Origin: Haloplanus sp. | GTDB lineage: Archaea > Halobacteriota > Halobacteria > Halobacteriales > Haloferacaceae | NCBI GenBank assembly: GCA_042216635.1 | Contig: JBDGTR010000017.1 | Span: 1,615-65,614, forward strand | Direction: 5' to 3' | Length of the DNA stretch: 64,000 nt | In this document: piece by piece, positions 39,479 to 50,189 of the stretch | How the letters are laid out: every line of letters starts with the position of its first letter | How positions within the stretch are numbered: the stretch's first letter is position 1 | The notes under the pieces: model-generated | Database searches by the model: none | Told to the model about the DNA's origin: nothing | What the model saw: only the letters and a program-made list of their open reading frames with translations | Position numbers and translations under genes: made by a program

Positions 39479-40630
39479 TCACTCGACCGGCGTGGCCTCG
39501 GGGAACTGATACTCTCCCCTGAGGATCGGCTCGCGCGGCTGGTAGAGGCGGACGACGTAGTGCCACCCCGCCGGCGTGTAGATGAAGTTCGGCTGGTCGG
39601 GGTCGCCACCGAAGTTGATCGTGACGCTGCCGTCGTCGGCTCGCTCCGCGGTCACGTCGTTGATCGTGTACGCGTCGTACTCGTTCGGCTCGAAGAACAG
39701 GTCGCGGTTGTAGACGCTGACCGACCAGAACCCGTCGACGGGGACGTCCCCGGTGACGGTGAGTTCGTGCGGCGTCTGGCCGTCGTTCCGGGCGGGCGTC
39801 CTGAAGAAGAACAGCGCCTCGGACGGTTGCGGAACGCCGGTCCACCCCGACGTCGTGAAGAGGAAAAATTTCACGGGATCGACCTCGTCGACGGCGCCGT
39901 ACGCGCCCGAGTAGTCGTCGACGGTGGCCACGACGGTGTTCAGCGCGTCGGCGAGTCGGTCGTGTGACTGCCGATCCCAGTCGGGGACATCGAACGACCC
40001 CGCCGACGCCTGCTCTACGCCGATCTCGTCCTGGAGTTGCCGGACCCGCTCCAGGTCGGCCGGATCGGCAGGGTCGACGAACAGGCGGATCGCGACGCCA
40101 GCGTACCGGGTGCCCGTCAGGTCGCGCGATATGGTGTACTCGCCGGGGTCGTAGACGCACAGCTTCCCGTACTGGTCCTCGTTCTGGACGTTCATCGACA
40201 GGTATCGGTCACCGCTGTCCGGGAGCGTGATCGTGACCGGCTCGGTCAGATCGAACACCCCGAACGAGTAGAGCGTGTCGCGGTTCAACCCGATGGTGAA
40301 CTGCTGGTCGATTGGCGTGAGCTCTCTGACGTGGTAGAACTGTCCGAACCCGCCGTCGTCGACGGTCGACTGCCACGTGATGTGACAGCGGGCGCGCGGG
40401 AAGTTGGCCCACGTCACCGGGACCGCCCCGTCGTCTGCTGGCGGCTGCTGGTCCGGCTGCTGGTCCGGCTGCCGGGCGTTCGCGCCCGGGCCACGGGCGC
40501 CGGCACCGCCGACGCCCAGCGCGAGGAGTCCGGCGAGCCCCGTCCCGCGGAGCGCGGTGCGGCGCGTCGCCCGCAGCAGGGATGCGTCCGGATCCAGGTC
40601 GCCCGCCCCGTCGTGTGTCTCGTTGCTCAT
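39479..40630 (-). CDS. TAT-exported DUF1254/DUF1214 domain protein
   Basis: TRRTAL TAT motif; NRDTLYS, DLTEPVTITLP, VPVDGFWSVSVYN and VRLYQP motifs. Confidence 0.88.
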   Translation of the reverse strand: MSNETHDGAGDLDPDASLLRATRRTALRGTGLAGLLALGVGGAGARGPGANARQPDQQPDQQPPADDGAVPVTWANFPRARCHITWQSTVDDGGFGQFYHVRELTPIDQQFTIGLNRDTLYSFGVFDLTEPVTITLPDSGDRYLSMNVQNEDQYGKLCVYDPGEYTISRDLTGTRYAGVAIRLFVDPADPADLERVRQLQDEIGVEQASAGSFDVPDWDRQSHDRLADALNTVVATVDDYSGAYGAVDEVDPVKFFLFTTSGWTGVPQPSEALFFFRTPARNDGQTPHELTVTGDVPVDGFWSVSVYNRDLFFEPNEYDAYTINDVTAERADDGSVTINFGGDPDQPNFIYTPAGWHYVVRLYQPREPILRGEYQFPEATPVE

Positions 40631-40876
40631 GGTAGTGCCTCGCCTTCCGTGGGAGGGCGTCTCCAGAGTCGGCCACCGCGGCCTTTGTTATCGGCGGCGA
40701 ACCGACCGACAAGGTCGACTTACCCGACCGGAGCGTGCCCTCTCCGGGCGCAACGCCCCCTCACACTCCGGCGGCGGCCCCGTCCCCGTCGCCCGAAAGC
40801 CGACTGTACGCTCCGTGAACGTACCCCTACCCCGAGCGCGGATGGGAACCCCTCGCCGTTCACGGCGAGGAGGATG

Positions 40877-41428
40877 TCATCCACTCCCCAGCGTCCAGCA
40901 CGTGCGGGACAGGAGGCTGTTGTCGATGTGGCTGCGCACCTCGCGGAGCATCCGGTCTTCGGTCAGCCGATACACGGCCCGGTGCGTGTATGCATCGGTC
41001 GGCAGTGGAGTCGGCGTCGTCCCCTCTGCGTCGAGGGTCCGCGTCGCCGGGACTGCGTCGAACGAGAGCCTGACGACGTATCGCTCGCCCACCGTCTCGA
41101 CGGAGTGGATCTGGAGCGATTCGACCCCCCCGTACTCGTCGTTGGTTGCGACGGCGTACACGCGCTCGAACTCCCTGACGAACCTCTCGACAGAGTCTTC
41201 TGTCAGCTCCGACGGCGGTGTGGGAAGCCCGTCGATGTCCGGCAGTGGCCCGCACGTCTCGGGGAACGGGACTGGCGTTTCGGTCGGCGTCGGCGTCGGT
41301 GACTCCGTGGGCGTCGACCGGGGGCCGCGCTCCCCGTTCGAGCCCGGCGATTGGTCGCCCGCACAACCGCTCAGACCGCTCACGCCGATCACGCCGATCG
41401 TAGCTGTGAGGACGTGCCGCCGATACAT
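40877..41428 (-). CDS. TAT lipoprotein, hypothetical
   Basis: MYRRHVL...LSGC, Pro/Thr linker. Confidence 0.75.
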   Translation of the reverse strand: MYRRHVLTATIGVIGVSGLSGCAGDQSPGSNGERGPRSTPTESPTPTPTETPVPFPETCGPLPDIDGLPTPPSELTEDSVERFVREFERVYAVATNDEYGGVESLQIHSVETVGERYVVRLSFDAVPATRTLDAEGTTPTPLPTDAYTHRAVYRLTEDRMLREVRSHIDNSLLSRTCWTLGSG

Positions 41429-41570
41429 ACCCGACGATAGAACTGCGCCACGAATGTGACTGCCGGTGACTCAAGTGCACGCTGTACATTGTTACGTCGC
41501 GAGTGGATGCCCACCCGACCAGGGGTTGGAAGCCGTCGGACGAGCTGCCCCGTGTCGGTCCCGCCCACCG

Positions 41571-42386
41571 CTAGATCGTATCGCGCGGAGCCCGATCCGC
41601 GACGGTGCGGTAGAAGGCGACCGAGTAGACGCCGAAGAAGCCGCCGAACAGCGACCCGAGGAGCAGCATGACGACGATGGCCCCGGCGACGCCAGCCGTC
41701 GAGAGGTGAGGCAGCCCGATGGCCGTACTCGACCGCGGGGAGAGGAGCGCCGAGGCGACGGCGAACACGATCCCAGCGATGCCGCCGAGAATCGCGACGA
41801 GGATCGAGTAGCCCAGCGTGCTCACCAGGTGGTGGCGGACGACCGAGACGCTGCGTTTGAGACCGTCGCTCGCGCCGACCCCGTCGATGACGATCGCCTG
41901 TCCGTAGAACTGGATGAGGAAGACGAACAGCAGGTAGGCGAGCCCGACGATGGCGGCGATCCCCGCGACGACCGCGAGGAGCACGAAACCCGAGCCGCCG
42001 CGTCCGTCGCTGAAGAACACGAAGCCGATCGGGATCGCCAGGAAGAACGCGACGATGCTGAGGACGACGTTGGCGACCACGAGCACCAGGTACGCGACGA
42101 GTAACGACACGTAACTGGATCTGCCGGCGCGGACGAACGTGTGTAGCGAGGTTCGCCCGTCGAGTGCTTCGTCAGCCATGCCGATGATGCCGCCCTGGAA
42201 GAACGGCAGCACGAAGACGAACGCCAGCGAGAGGAGGAGCGAGACGACGCTCGCGAGAAGCGGATCGATCGCCTGGAGGATCATCTGTGGCACCTCGAAC
42301 AACAGCAGCACGAGTGGGGGAACGAACAGGACGGGGTTCCGCTGGAGGGAGCCTGGCGTCTGGCGGAGGGCTTTCAGGACGGCCAT
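41571..42386 (-). CDS. multi-pass membrane protein (DUF7847-like)
   Basis: PFFQGGIIGMADEAL...QFYGQAIV...LKRS; TATAAG upstream. Confidence 0.8.
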   Translation of the reverse strand: MAVLKALRQTPGSLQRNPVLFVPPLVLLLFEVPQMILQAIDPLLASVVSLLLSLAFVFVLPFFQGGIIGMADEALDGRTSLHTFVRAGRSSYVSLLVAYLVLVVANVVLSIVAFFLAIPIGFVFFSDGRGGSGFVLLAVVAGIAAIVGLAYLLFVFLIQFYGQAIVIDGVGASDGLKRSVSVVRHHLVSTLGYSILVAILGGIAGIVFAVASALLSPRSSTAIGLPHLSTAGVAGAIVVMLLLGSLFGGFFGVYSVAFYRTVADRAPRDTI

Positions 42387-42545
42387 AGGAGATGCTCTGT
42401 TGATACTTGTATAAGCATTTCCCCGTTCACGCGGCTGCTGTGGCGTCCGACGGTTTCTGGCAACGCACCAGGACAGCACCCCGCCTCGCCCTTCGTCCGC
42501 AACTCCACACGACCGTCAACCTCCTCGTCGATCGAGCTGCTTCGG

Positions 42546-43478
42546 TCACCTGCGACGCTGTTCGTTCGTCGGATTAACGTAGAGACCGTAGCGGTAGAGC
42601 TGTCTGTCGTACCAGAGCAGTCGTCCGTTCTCGGATTCGCGTTCGAGGCCGAGGGCGGTCAACAGTGCCGTGAATGCACTTGGGAGCGGTTCAGACTCGT
42701 CGTGGGTCTTCGTAGCGATAGTCTGCTCCAGGAGTTGGCGTACGTCCGATGAGAGGTCGGTCGGTGAGAGGTCGGCGTCGATGCGGGAGCCGAAGACGAC
42801 GTTGCGGAAGCTTTCGTGCGAGTCCGCGACCTCGACGGCGAGGGCCGTATAGGCGGTCTCGGCGATCCGCTCACGGGTGACGTCAAGTCGATACGCCCAC
42901 GTCCCGTCCGGGGTCATCGTCACGACGCGCCCGTCGAGGTCGCCGTCGACGAGCCGACTCTCCAGTTCCGCGGGCCGCCGCAGGACGTACGCGCCGTCGC
43001 GGAGGGGGGCAGACGCACTGCTGCCATGTGTGTGGGTGTGGAGGATTTTGACGACGCGCGCGCTCGGCCGCTCGAGTGCGTCGACGACCACCGCGTCGTC
43101 GGGCACGTCCTCCTTCGGGATGGACGCGGCGCGGACGAGCGGTCGATCCATCTGCTTGCGGCCGGTGACGACGTACTTCGTCTGGTAGTAGGCGCCGTCG
43201 CGTTCGACGTACGCGTCTTCGGGGAGCGGGCGGTATCCGTACGTCGTGTGTCTGCCGTCCGGAAGGATGTCTGCGAGCGCGGCTCGCTCTGGATCGCCGA
43301 AGAGCGCGCTCTCGTCGGGTTCGTAGAGCGCGTGCTCGACGGGGGACTGATCGATTCGCTGGATCGAGAGCGTATAGGTTCGCTCCGTGGATTGATTGCT
43401 GAGGCTGTTCGCGCAGCCGGCGAGTGCGACGGTCGTCGCCGCGCTCGCCGCTTGCAGCAGGCGCCGCCTGGAGGGCAT
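42546..43478 (-). CDS. TAT lipoprotein, hypothetical
   Basis: MPSRRRLL...LAGC; acidic. Confidence 0.78.
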   Translation of the reverse strand: MPSRRRLLQAASAATTVALAGCANSLSNQSTERTYTLSIQRIDQSPVEHALYEPDESALFGDPERAALADILPDGRHTTYGYRPLPEDAYVERDGAYYQTKYVVTGRKQMDRPLVRAASIPKEDVPDDAVVVDALERPSARVVKILHTHTHGSSASAPLRDGAYVLRRPAELESRLVDGDLDGRVVTMTPDGTWAYRLDVTRERIAETAYTALAVEVADSHESFRNVVFGSRIDADLSPTDLSSDVRQLLEQTIATKTHDESEPLPSAFTALLTALGLERESENGRLLWYDRQLYRYGLYVNPTNEQRRR

Positions 43479-43693
43479 CGTGAGAGATACCCTCCTCCTG
43501 GTACTTGTGCATGCTGGAAACCACGGGTGGGCGGCCCCCAATCCTCACGAGGTGCGACGAGGCCACCACGCAGTTGCATGCGGCTTCGCCTCAACGCCCA
43601 GTGTCTGGAGCCCCTGCACAGTACTGTCGTCGTGCCCGCTCCCCCCTGTCATCGTCACGTCTTCGCGTCGATCTCCCGCCGAGAAACGAACGA

Positions 43694-44371
43694 ATGGGTA
43701 CGGATTCCGACCGAGAAACACGAGCCGGGAGTATATCGCTGGCCTGGAAGACGCTGGGATTGGATGCTCGAAAAGCCTCCACCGTTCGCGTAGCCGGCAT
43801 CCTCGCGATCGCGTTCCTCCTCGTGAGTGCGGGCTGTGCCTCGAATATCTCCAGCACACCGACGTCGCCAGGGACGACTACCGGCGCGATGTCGTCGGCG
43901 ACGAACAGTACCGCCTCGGGAGCTCCCCAGGTGACGCCGCAGTTGACCGAGGAAGCGATCGTCCAGCACGTCACCGACGGGTATCGGTCACTCCAGAGCT
44001 ATCACGGCACCTTCGAAACCACTACGGTACGGAATGGAACGACGACCTGCTCGGTGAGAATGGAGATCTGGTCGCGCCCGCACCACGACGACCTTCGGAT
44101 CGAGACCATCCAGCCGAACGCGTCAGCGGGGAACGTCTTCGTCACGAACGGCTCCGTCACCTGGTCGTACGTCGCGTCGGAGAATGCGGCGACCAAACGC
44201 TCGGTGCGAAACTCGAGTGGCTCCGCAACGCAAACCCGGGTCGCATTCTGGAGTCTCGCCGGTGCGCGAGTCGCGTGTGCTGTCGGCCTCTTCGGCCTGG
44301 GATTCGGTCGCGCCGGCAGGTGGTTGGCGACCACCGTCGTTCGTCGGTGGACGGGGACAGAGGTATCGTGA
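43694..44371 (+). pseudogene. truncated LolA-like lipoprotein fused to an unrelated hydrophobic tail
   Basis: Lipobox SAGC; LRIE..P...AGNVFVTNGSVTWSY (LolA-like N-half), then an abrupt switch to VAFWSLAG... Confidence 0.5.
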
Positions 44372-44503
44372 GACCGCCACACGAATCGAGGGGATCGCAG
44401 CGATGCCCCTGTCCGTCCCCACTCGCCCCGATTGGGGTCCTCTGCAGCCAACACGCCGAACGCTGAGCGAAACCACTTAGTTCACGACTGGGTAGTGCCG
44501 GTG

Positions 44504-45562
44504 ATGCCCTCCACACGAACGGGCGCACTCTACGCGCTCCTGGTCGTCGGCGTGCTCTGCAGTTTCGCGTTCCACGCCTCTGTCGCGAGTGCGACGGTCA
44601 CCTACACCGCGACGTCCGTCCAGGCCAGCGACGCCCCGCATCGGGTCGCGACCGTGAGTCCGCACGTCGGTGACCTCGACGACCAGCTCGACCGATACGA
44701 TGAGGCGATCAGACGGCCCGTCGACCGGGCAGCGCGAACCGGCTCGTTCGCGGGGAACGTGACGCCCGAACTCTACACCGCCCTCGATAGCCTCCCGAGC
44801 GAGTACGTCCACTACGTCGTCTACCACGACGCCTACTACAGGTGGAACACGAGCCGCGACGAGAACACGACGTTCGTACGAATTCAAATGACGCCCGCGA
44901 ACGGCTCCGCCGTTCTCGCCGCGGTGGCGACCCCCTACCGAAACGCCTCTGATGAGGTCAAAACCGCGATCCGGAACGGATCAGTCCAAGGGACGATCAT
45001 CCAGGGCGGCGTCTACCGGTACGAGGGTGCGTACTACGCGGTCGCTCCGAGGAACGGCGGATCGATCGCGGCGAAGCTTCTCGAGATCGGACTCGGGTAC
45101 GTACTCACGCCCGTCGGAAGGGGCCTCCTTGCCGTGGCGCTCGGCGTGCTCTACTACCGATACCGCGAGCCGTCCGTCGCGCGCGTGCTCACGCCACGGC
45201 GAGCAGGCGCGGTCGCGCTCCTCGCGCTCCCCGTCGCACTCGTCGGAACGGCCGTCTTCGAAAGCGGATCACCGAGCCGGTTCGTCACTGGACCGGCGAG
45301 CGCGTTCGTCGTCGCTGCGGGAGTGATGGCTGGCGTTCTCGTCCACCAGCGACGCTGGCTGGGACTGCTCGGTACGACTGCCCTCGCCGCTACGGTCGTG
45401 GTCGGGGCGAACGTCCTACTGCACGGACTCATCGGGATCGCGTTCGGCCTGCTGTTCCTCGTCGTCGGCCTGTTGGCCGGCGTGATTCCGCTCGTTTACG
45501 GGATCGCCTTCAGTCGTGATCGAGACGGGCAGTCTCGGGACGTGGCTGACGCCACCGGATGA
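44504..45562 (+). CDS. membrane protein with N-terminal exported domain
   Basis: Signal anchor, soluble domain, then 5 TM helices. Confidence 0.7.
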   Translation: MPSTRTGALYALLVVGVLCSFAFHASVASATVTYTATSVQASDAPHRVATVSPHVGDLDDQLDRYDEAIRRPVDRAARTGSFAGNVTPELYTALDSLPSEYVHYVVYHDAYYRWNTSRDENTTFVRIQMTPANGSAVLAAVATPYRNASDEVKTAIRNGSVQGTIIQGGVYRYEGAYYAVAPRNGGSIAAKLLEIGLGYVLTPVGRGLLAVALGVLYYRYREPSVARVLTPRRAGAVALLALPVALVGTAVFESGSPSRFVTGPASAFVVAAGVMAGVLVHQRRWLGLLGTTALAATVVVGANVLLHGLIGIAFGLLFLVVGLLAGVIPLVYGIAFSRDRDGQSRDVADATG

Positions 45563-45617
45563 CGACTCCGTGCTGGTAGAGCCTGCTCACCAGTACGCAT
45601 TTGCCACACGGACGAGG

Positions 45618-45654
45618 TGACATCCTCCCCGCCGTAAACGGCGGGGGTTCTCCC
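45618..45654 (-). mobile_element. isolated IS200/IS605-type right-end hairpin
   Basis: TGACATCCT-CCCCGCCGT-AA-ACGGCGGGG, the same layout as at 39094. Confidence 0.7.
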
Positions 45655-45925
45655 ACCCTGACCACAGTTTTTGTACCGAGCGATTCGAACTCAGGACAGG
45701 TTCGAAGCGGTGGACACGCTCGGACCCCCATCAGCAATCATTCAGTTGCGAGAGCAAGCGGTGCTCGTCAACTTCCCGGTTGACGACGACCGTGGCTATT
45801 ATCTGGTCACAGCTGTTGATGAGCATCGCGCTGCCGAAGGCGCTCCAGTTCCTCCTCGCCGGGTTGTAGCCGCTCGGGAGTGCCCATGGACTGGGCGAGA
45901 CACGGCGTGTCTCCATCGACCGGGG

Positions 45926-46693
45926 TCAGGGCTGGCGAGCGTCGAGGAACCGCTCTGTCCCTCTCCTGACGAGTGACGGGAATCGCTGGGCGACGGCGAG
46001 TCCGATCCGCGTGACCCAGTCCGTATAGATGACTGCGCGGGTCGACTCGATCTTCCCGGCGAGTTTGCGACCCACGTATTCGGGATCGCTCAGCTGGGAC
46101 TCCGGGTAGTCGAGTGCCCTCGCCGATCGCGTGTTCGCCAGTCGGGGGTGCAGTATCGTACACGTGACGTTCTCGTGTCTCAATTCGTGGCGCAGCGATC
46201 GGGTGAACGATTCGATCGCGCCTTTCGTGGCAGTGTACCCAGTCAACCCCGGATTACCGACTCGCCCGGCACCGGAGCTGACGTTGTGGATGATGCCCGC
46301 ACCCTGCTCCCGCATGTGGGGAAGCACCGCCCGAATCATCCGGACGTACCCGAAGAAGTTCACCGCGAAGACCCGTTCCACGTCCTGTAGCGTCTGCTCC
46401 TCGAAAAATCCGAAGTTCAACACTGCAGCGTTGTTCACCAGAATGTCTATCCGGCCCCACTCGTCGACGATCGCCGCGACTGTTCGCTCGACGTCGTCGT
46501 CTGCGGTCACGTCGCACTGGTAGTAGCGGACGGTCTCGGGACAGGATTCCTGGAGGGATTCGATTGCGTCGCCCTGCACATCGAGGCCGGCGACGCGATA
46601 TCCGTCGTCAACGAGTGCGGTGAGCATACTGTAGCCGATCCCCTCGTTCGCCCCGGTGAGGACGACGACACGGCCACCCCCTGAAGATTGCAT
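45926..46693 (-). CDS. SDR family oxidoreductase
   Basis: TGANEGIG, NNAA and YTATK motifs. Confidence 0.9.
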   Translation of the reverse strand: MQSSGGGRVVVLTGANEGIGYSMLTALVDDGYRVAGLDVQGDAIESLQESCPETVRYYQCDVTADDDVERTVAAIVDEWGRIDILVNNAAVLNFGFFEEQTLQDVERVFAVNFFGYVRMIRAVLPHMREQGAGIIHNVSSGAGRVGNPGLTGYTATKGAIESFTRSLRHELRHENVTCTILHPRLANTRSARALDYPESQLSDPEYVGRKLAGKIESTRAVIYTDWVTRIGLAVAQRFPSLVRRGTERFLDARQP

Positions 46694-46787
46694 GATAGAG
46701 AGTGGACATCTGAGGAGATGAATGGATCGGCTGACTCGCTCGCCCGGTACCGTATCTCTGCCACGACTAGCGTGACCAACCGAGCGC

Positions 46788-47006
46788 GTGCAGTCAGCAA
46801 CACGGTGGGCCGCCGTCCTTCTCGGGGCGTACGCGGGTGTCTTTCTGGTCGTCTGGGGGCTCCTGGTGGACACCTACGGGTGGTCGCGTATCTTCCTCGG
46901 ACTCCCGTGGCTGGCAGTCGCGTATCTCCTGTGGTCACGACGGACTCACGTGAGTGCGTCCCCCGCCCGTACTGACCGGGACGAGGCGCAGGGCGACCCC
47001 CGGTAA
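46788..47006 (+). CDS. small membrane protein or fragment
   Basis: Two hydrophobic helices; start uncertain. Confidence 0.4.
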   Translation: MQSATRWAAVLLGAYAGVFLVVWGLLVDTYGWSRIFLGLPWLAVAYLLWSRRTHVSASPARTDRDEAQGDPR

Positions 47007-47177
47007 GCCACCGGCTGTGCCAGCGCTCCGACGGAACCAACACTCCGGCGAATCCGCCGATTCTGTATACGTAGTATCGGAGCCGTGGGGACATCGGGGT
47101 CTCAATCTACTAGAATCAGGCTATTCGCCGTTCTAGCGGGCGATACGTTCAATTCGGTAGAGGGTCTGTATTCGCCG

Positions 47178-48023
47178 ATGCCGAGCGTAGCGACCGACGA
47201 TATCGAGACCCACTACGTCACCCGTGGGAGCGGCCCACCGATCGTCTTCGTCCATGGGATGATCATGACCCACGCCATGTGGGAACCCCAGATGGCGGCC
47301 CTCGCCGACGAATATACGACGATCGCGTACGACGTCCGGGGCCACGGCCACACCGGCGGTTCCGAGGTGAGTCCGTACTCGATCGACCTCTTCGCCGCCG
47401 ACCTCGAGGCGTTCCTGGACGCGCTCGGTATCGATCGGGCCGTGGTCTGTGGGCTCTCGATGGGCGGGGCCATCGCGCAGGCGTTCGCGTCGGTCTGTCC
47501 CGAACGAGTGGCGGGACTCGTCCTCGCGGACACGTTCCCGGCCGGGCCCATGCCACTCATCGGACGGATGGCCCTGGTGAACATCCGCGTACTCGCCCGG
47601 CTCGACCGCTTCGTCGGCTACAAGACGCTGAACCGGTGGCAGCTCCGGATCGGCAACTGGCTCCTCCCGGGGGTCGCCGGCGACGAGGAGACCATCCAGC
47701 ACATCGTGGACGAGTCGCCCCCCATCGCTCACGACGAGTTCGTGAAGATCGCGGACGCCGTCGCGGCGTTTCCGAAGACCGAACTCGATCTGACCCGGGT
47801 CACCGCCCCGGCGCTCGTGATGCACGGCGAACACCTCCCGACGGCCAACGAGGAGACCACTGCGCGGCTCGTCGCCCAACTCTCGAACGCCGAGCCTGCC
47901 GTCCACGTCGTCCCAGACAGCGGACACGCCTCGAATCTCGACAACCCGGACTTCTTCACGGTGAGACTCCGCGAGTTCCTTACCGAACGCGTGTATCCCC
48001 AGGGAACGCCTGACGGTGACTGA
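47178..48023 (+). CDS. alpha/beta hydrolase
   Basis: FVHG, YDVRGHG, GLSMGG nucleophile elbow and GH near the C-terminus. Confidence 0.92.
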   Translation: MPSVATDDIETHYVTRGSGPPIVFVHGMIMTHAMWEPQMAALADEYTTIAYDVRGHGHTGGSEVSPYSIDLFAADLEAFLDALGIDRAVVCGLSMGGAIAQAFASVCPERVAGLVLADTFPAGPMPLIGRMALVNIRVLARLDRFVGYKTLNRWQLRIGNWLLPGVAGDEETIQHIVDESPPIAHDEFVKIADAVAAFPKTELDLTRVTAPALVMHGEHLPTANEETTARLVAQLSNAEPAVHVVPDSGHASNLDNPDFFTVRLREFLTERVYPQGTPDGD

Positions 48024-48263
48024 ACCACCGCCCGTCGGTAGCTCCTGACTGGACTCAGTGACTCGAGAATGCGGCCCATCACGGTGGGCCACACTCGGGA
48101 GCGCTTCGGAGAGCCGGTGCTGTTCGTTCGGGCGACCCAGCCAGACGGGTTTACCTCGGGTGCTATCACGTGTTCCGCTACGATTAATAGTTCACCTACC
48201 CTCTAGAAGACGCACATCTACCAGGTCGCGTTCGTGGTCCAGGCGGAAGTTGAGGTGATTCAG

Positions 48264-48893
48264 ATGGCTCAAACAGAACAGCAGCGGGTCGCACCGGTGC
48301 GCACAGGACGGTGGACGACGGTCGGATCGATCAGTGGCTTGGTCGGCAGCATCGTGCTGGGGACGATCGCGATCGTCTTTCACACGGGCCTGCAGCTGAC
48401 GGAAGGCCAATTCGCGCTCGTCAACCAACTGGGAGTGGTTGCCGTAGTGCTCATGGCGCCTGCGTTATCTGTGCTCTATCTCGGCGAACGACACTGGTTT
48501 GGCTCGCTCGCCCGGATCGGGTACGGTGTGATGGCCGGTGGCTGGGTCGTCACGGCCGTCAGCCTGGCCGTGTTCGTCACCGGTTCCGAGGTCGCAGGGC
48601 TGGTGTTCCCGCTCGGGGTTCTCCTCACGATGATCGGTGCCCTCGTCTTCGGGTTCACGATGGTCCGCAGCGACGACACTGACGCCCCCCGCCTCGGCTC
48701 GTGGCTCCTGATCGCCGCGCTCCCGGTGGGCCTGCCGGTCTCCATCGCGTACACGTGGTACGTGTTAGGTTCGATCGACGGCCCGTGGAACGGCCCCCTC
48801 CTGGTATACGCGCTGGCGTGGATGGTCTTCAGCGTCCACCTCTGGGGGAAGCGCACAGCGTCTACAGAAGCGACCGTGGATGAGGCAGTCTGA
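48264..48893 (+). CDS. 6-TM membrane protein
   Basis: GAGGTGA SD upstream; hydrophobic helices. Confidence 0.7.
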   Translation: MAQTEQQRVAPVRTGRWTTVGSISGLVGSIVLGTIAIVFHTGLQLTEGQFALVNQLGVVAVVLMAPALSVLYLGERHWFGSLARIGYGVMAGGWVVTAVSLAVFVTGSEVAGLVFPLGVLLTMIGALVFGFTMVRSDDTDAPRLGSWLLIAALPVGLPVSIAYTWYVLGSIDGPWNGPLLVYALAWMVFSVHLWGKRTASTEATVDEAV

Positions 48894-49321
48894 CACCTCG
48901 AAACCCGAGTCGTAACGTTTCGCTGAAGTGACGGTCCGTGTTCAGCAGGCCGCTTCTATCGACTCGGAATCGCGATACACCTTGTCTTCCTCTCCTTTCG
49001 GTACCGTTCTGCTGAACTCTCTCTGAGTCGGTCACGCGGTTATTGACATATGTTCCTCAGGTATCGGCGGGGCTGGAGCATAGAGCGCGCGAGTCGGTCA
49101 CGTCATCGGAGACGACGCCGTATCGGACGGTCTTGCGCGTGTTCTGGCCCGTCATCGTCGCGGGGTGCACGGGGATCGTACTCCTCACGGCTGCGGTCGG
49201 TTTGGTGGTGCTCTAGTCAACTCGTCTGATCGCGGGATCACCCAGGGACCGCGACGAAATGTACGCTCACGCGAGTCGCGATAAGGGAAGGTTGATACGG
49301 CGACACTAGGTAGGGGAGGAT

Positions 49322-49720
49322 ATGCCAATCTCCGATGACGAATGGGACACCGGTAGCACTGGCAGCGGTGGCGATACGGCGGCGACGGCGCCCGTCGGGG
49401 AGTACGAAGACGAGAAGGAACTGATCGTGGCGTTCCTCTCGGAAAACGTCGACAACGCGTACACGAGAGACGAGATCATCAGAGGCGTCGACTTCGGCAA
49501 CGACGCGCGTCCCGAGACGATTCGCGAGACGTTGACCGAGATCCAGGACGAACTGGTGGACTTCGCCGGCGACGTCGTCGCGAGCGGGATGGTCGTCGAC
49601 GACGTCGACGAGGCGCTCGACGAACTCGTCGCCGAAGACACTGTGGCCGAAAAAGAGGTCGAAACAGAGGACGGAACGACGGTGTACTACCGTCTCAACA
49701 CCAACGAAGCACGAGAGTGA
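49322..49720 (+). CDS. acidic hypothetical protein (wHTH-like)
   Basis: MPISDDEWD...FLSENVDNAYTRDEI...YYRL; GGAGG SD. Confidence 0.75.
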   Translation: MPISDDEWDTGSTGSGGDTAATAPVGEYEDEKELIVAFLSENVDNAYTRDEIIRGVDFGNDARPETIRETLTEIQDELVDFAGDVVASGMVVDDVDEALDELVAEDTVAEKEVETEDGTTVYYRLNTNEARE

Positions 49721-50189
49721 CGGGCTCGCGGTCGAATCGGTACGCAGTTGGCGGTTCCCGACTTGCTCTAGAGAATTCCTTCCCGCTCGTTCGTACGGGT
49801 GAACACAGCCGTCGAGAGAACGGGGAAGGCGACCGTTCGCCCGACGTCGTATGAACCGCTTCTCACGGCTACCTCAGAGTGGTATCGCGACGGCGCTATC
49901 GGATTCGCCGTCCGTGCGCAATGTCTCGCGCGTCTCGCTCGTCTGAGTAGCCAGCACTAACTGACGGCGAGTGGACAGATGCGGCGTAGAGATCGTCGGG
50001 ACGTCCCTCGAAAGACGGCTGCTGTTTCCCATCGTCGTCCTCGTCCTGTTCGCCCTCTTCAACGCCGTTCGACACCTGTACGACTGGGGGTGTCGTCCTC
50101 CTCGTCCCCGTTTGCCTGTTCGTTCTCGGCGTCGCCATCGACGTCGTTCGTGACCAGATCTGATCGGATCGCACTTGTACGACTGATCC

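Noticed and set aside
49040-49216. Hydrophobic reading frame ...RVFWPVIVAGCTGIVLLTAAVGLVVL*
   Set aside because: No convincing start codon; possibly a gene fragment, but I cannot assign it.
49789-49804. GTTC-N8-GAAC as a seventh regulon site
   Set aside because: Wrong spacing and no adjacent TATA box or start codon.
49971-50153. 60-aa ORF with a hydrophobic stretch
   Set aside because: Arg-rich tail and no promoter evidence; may be spurious or a remnant.
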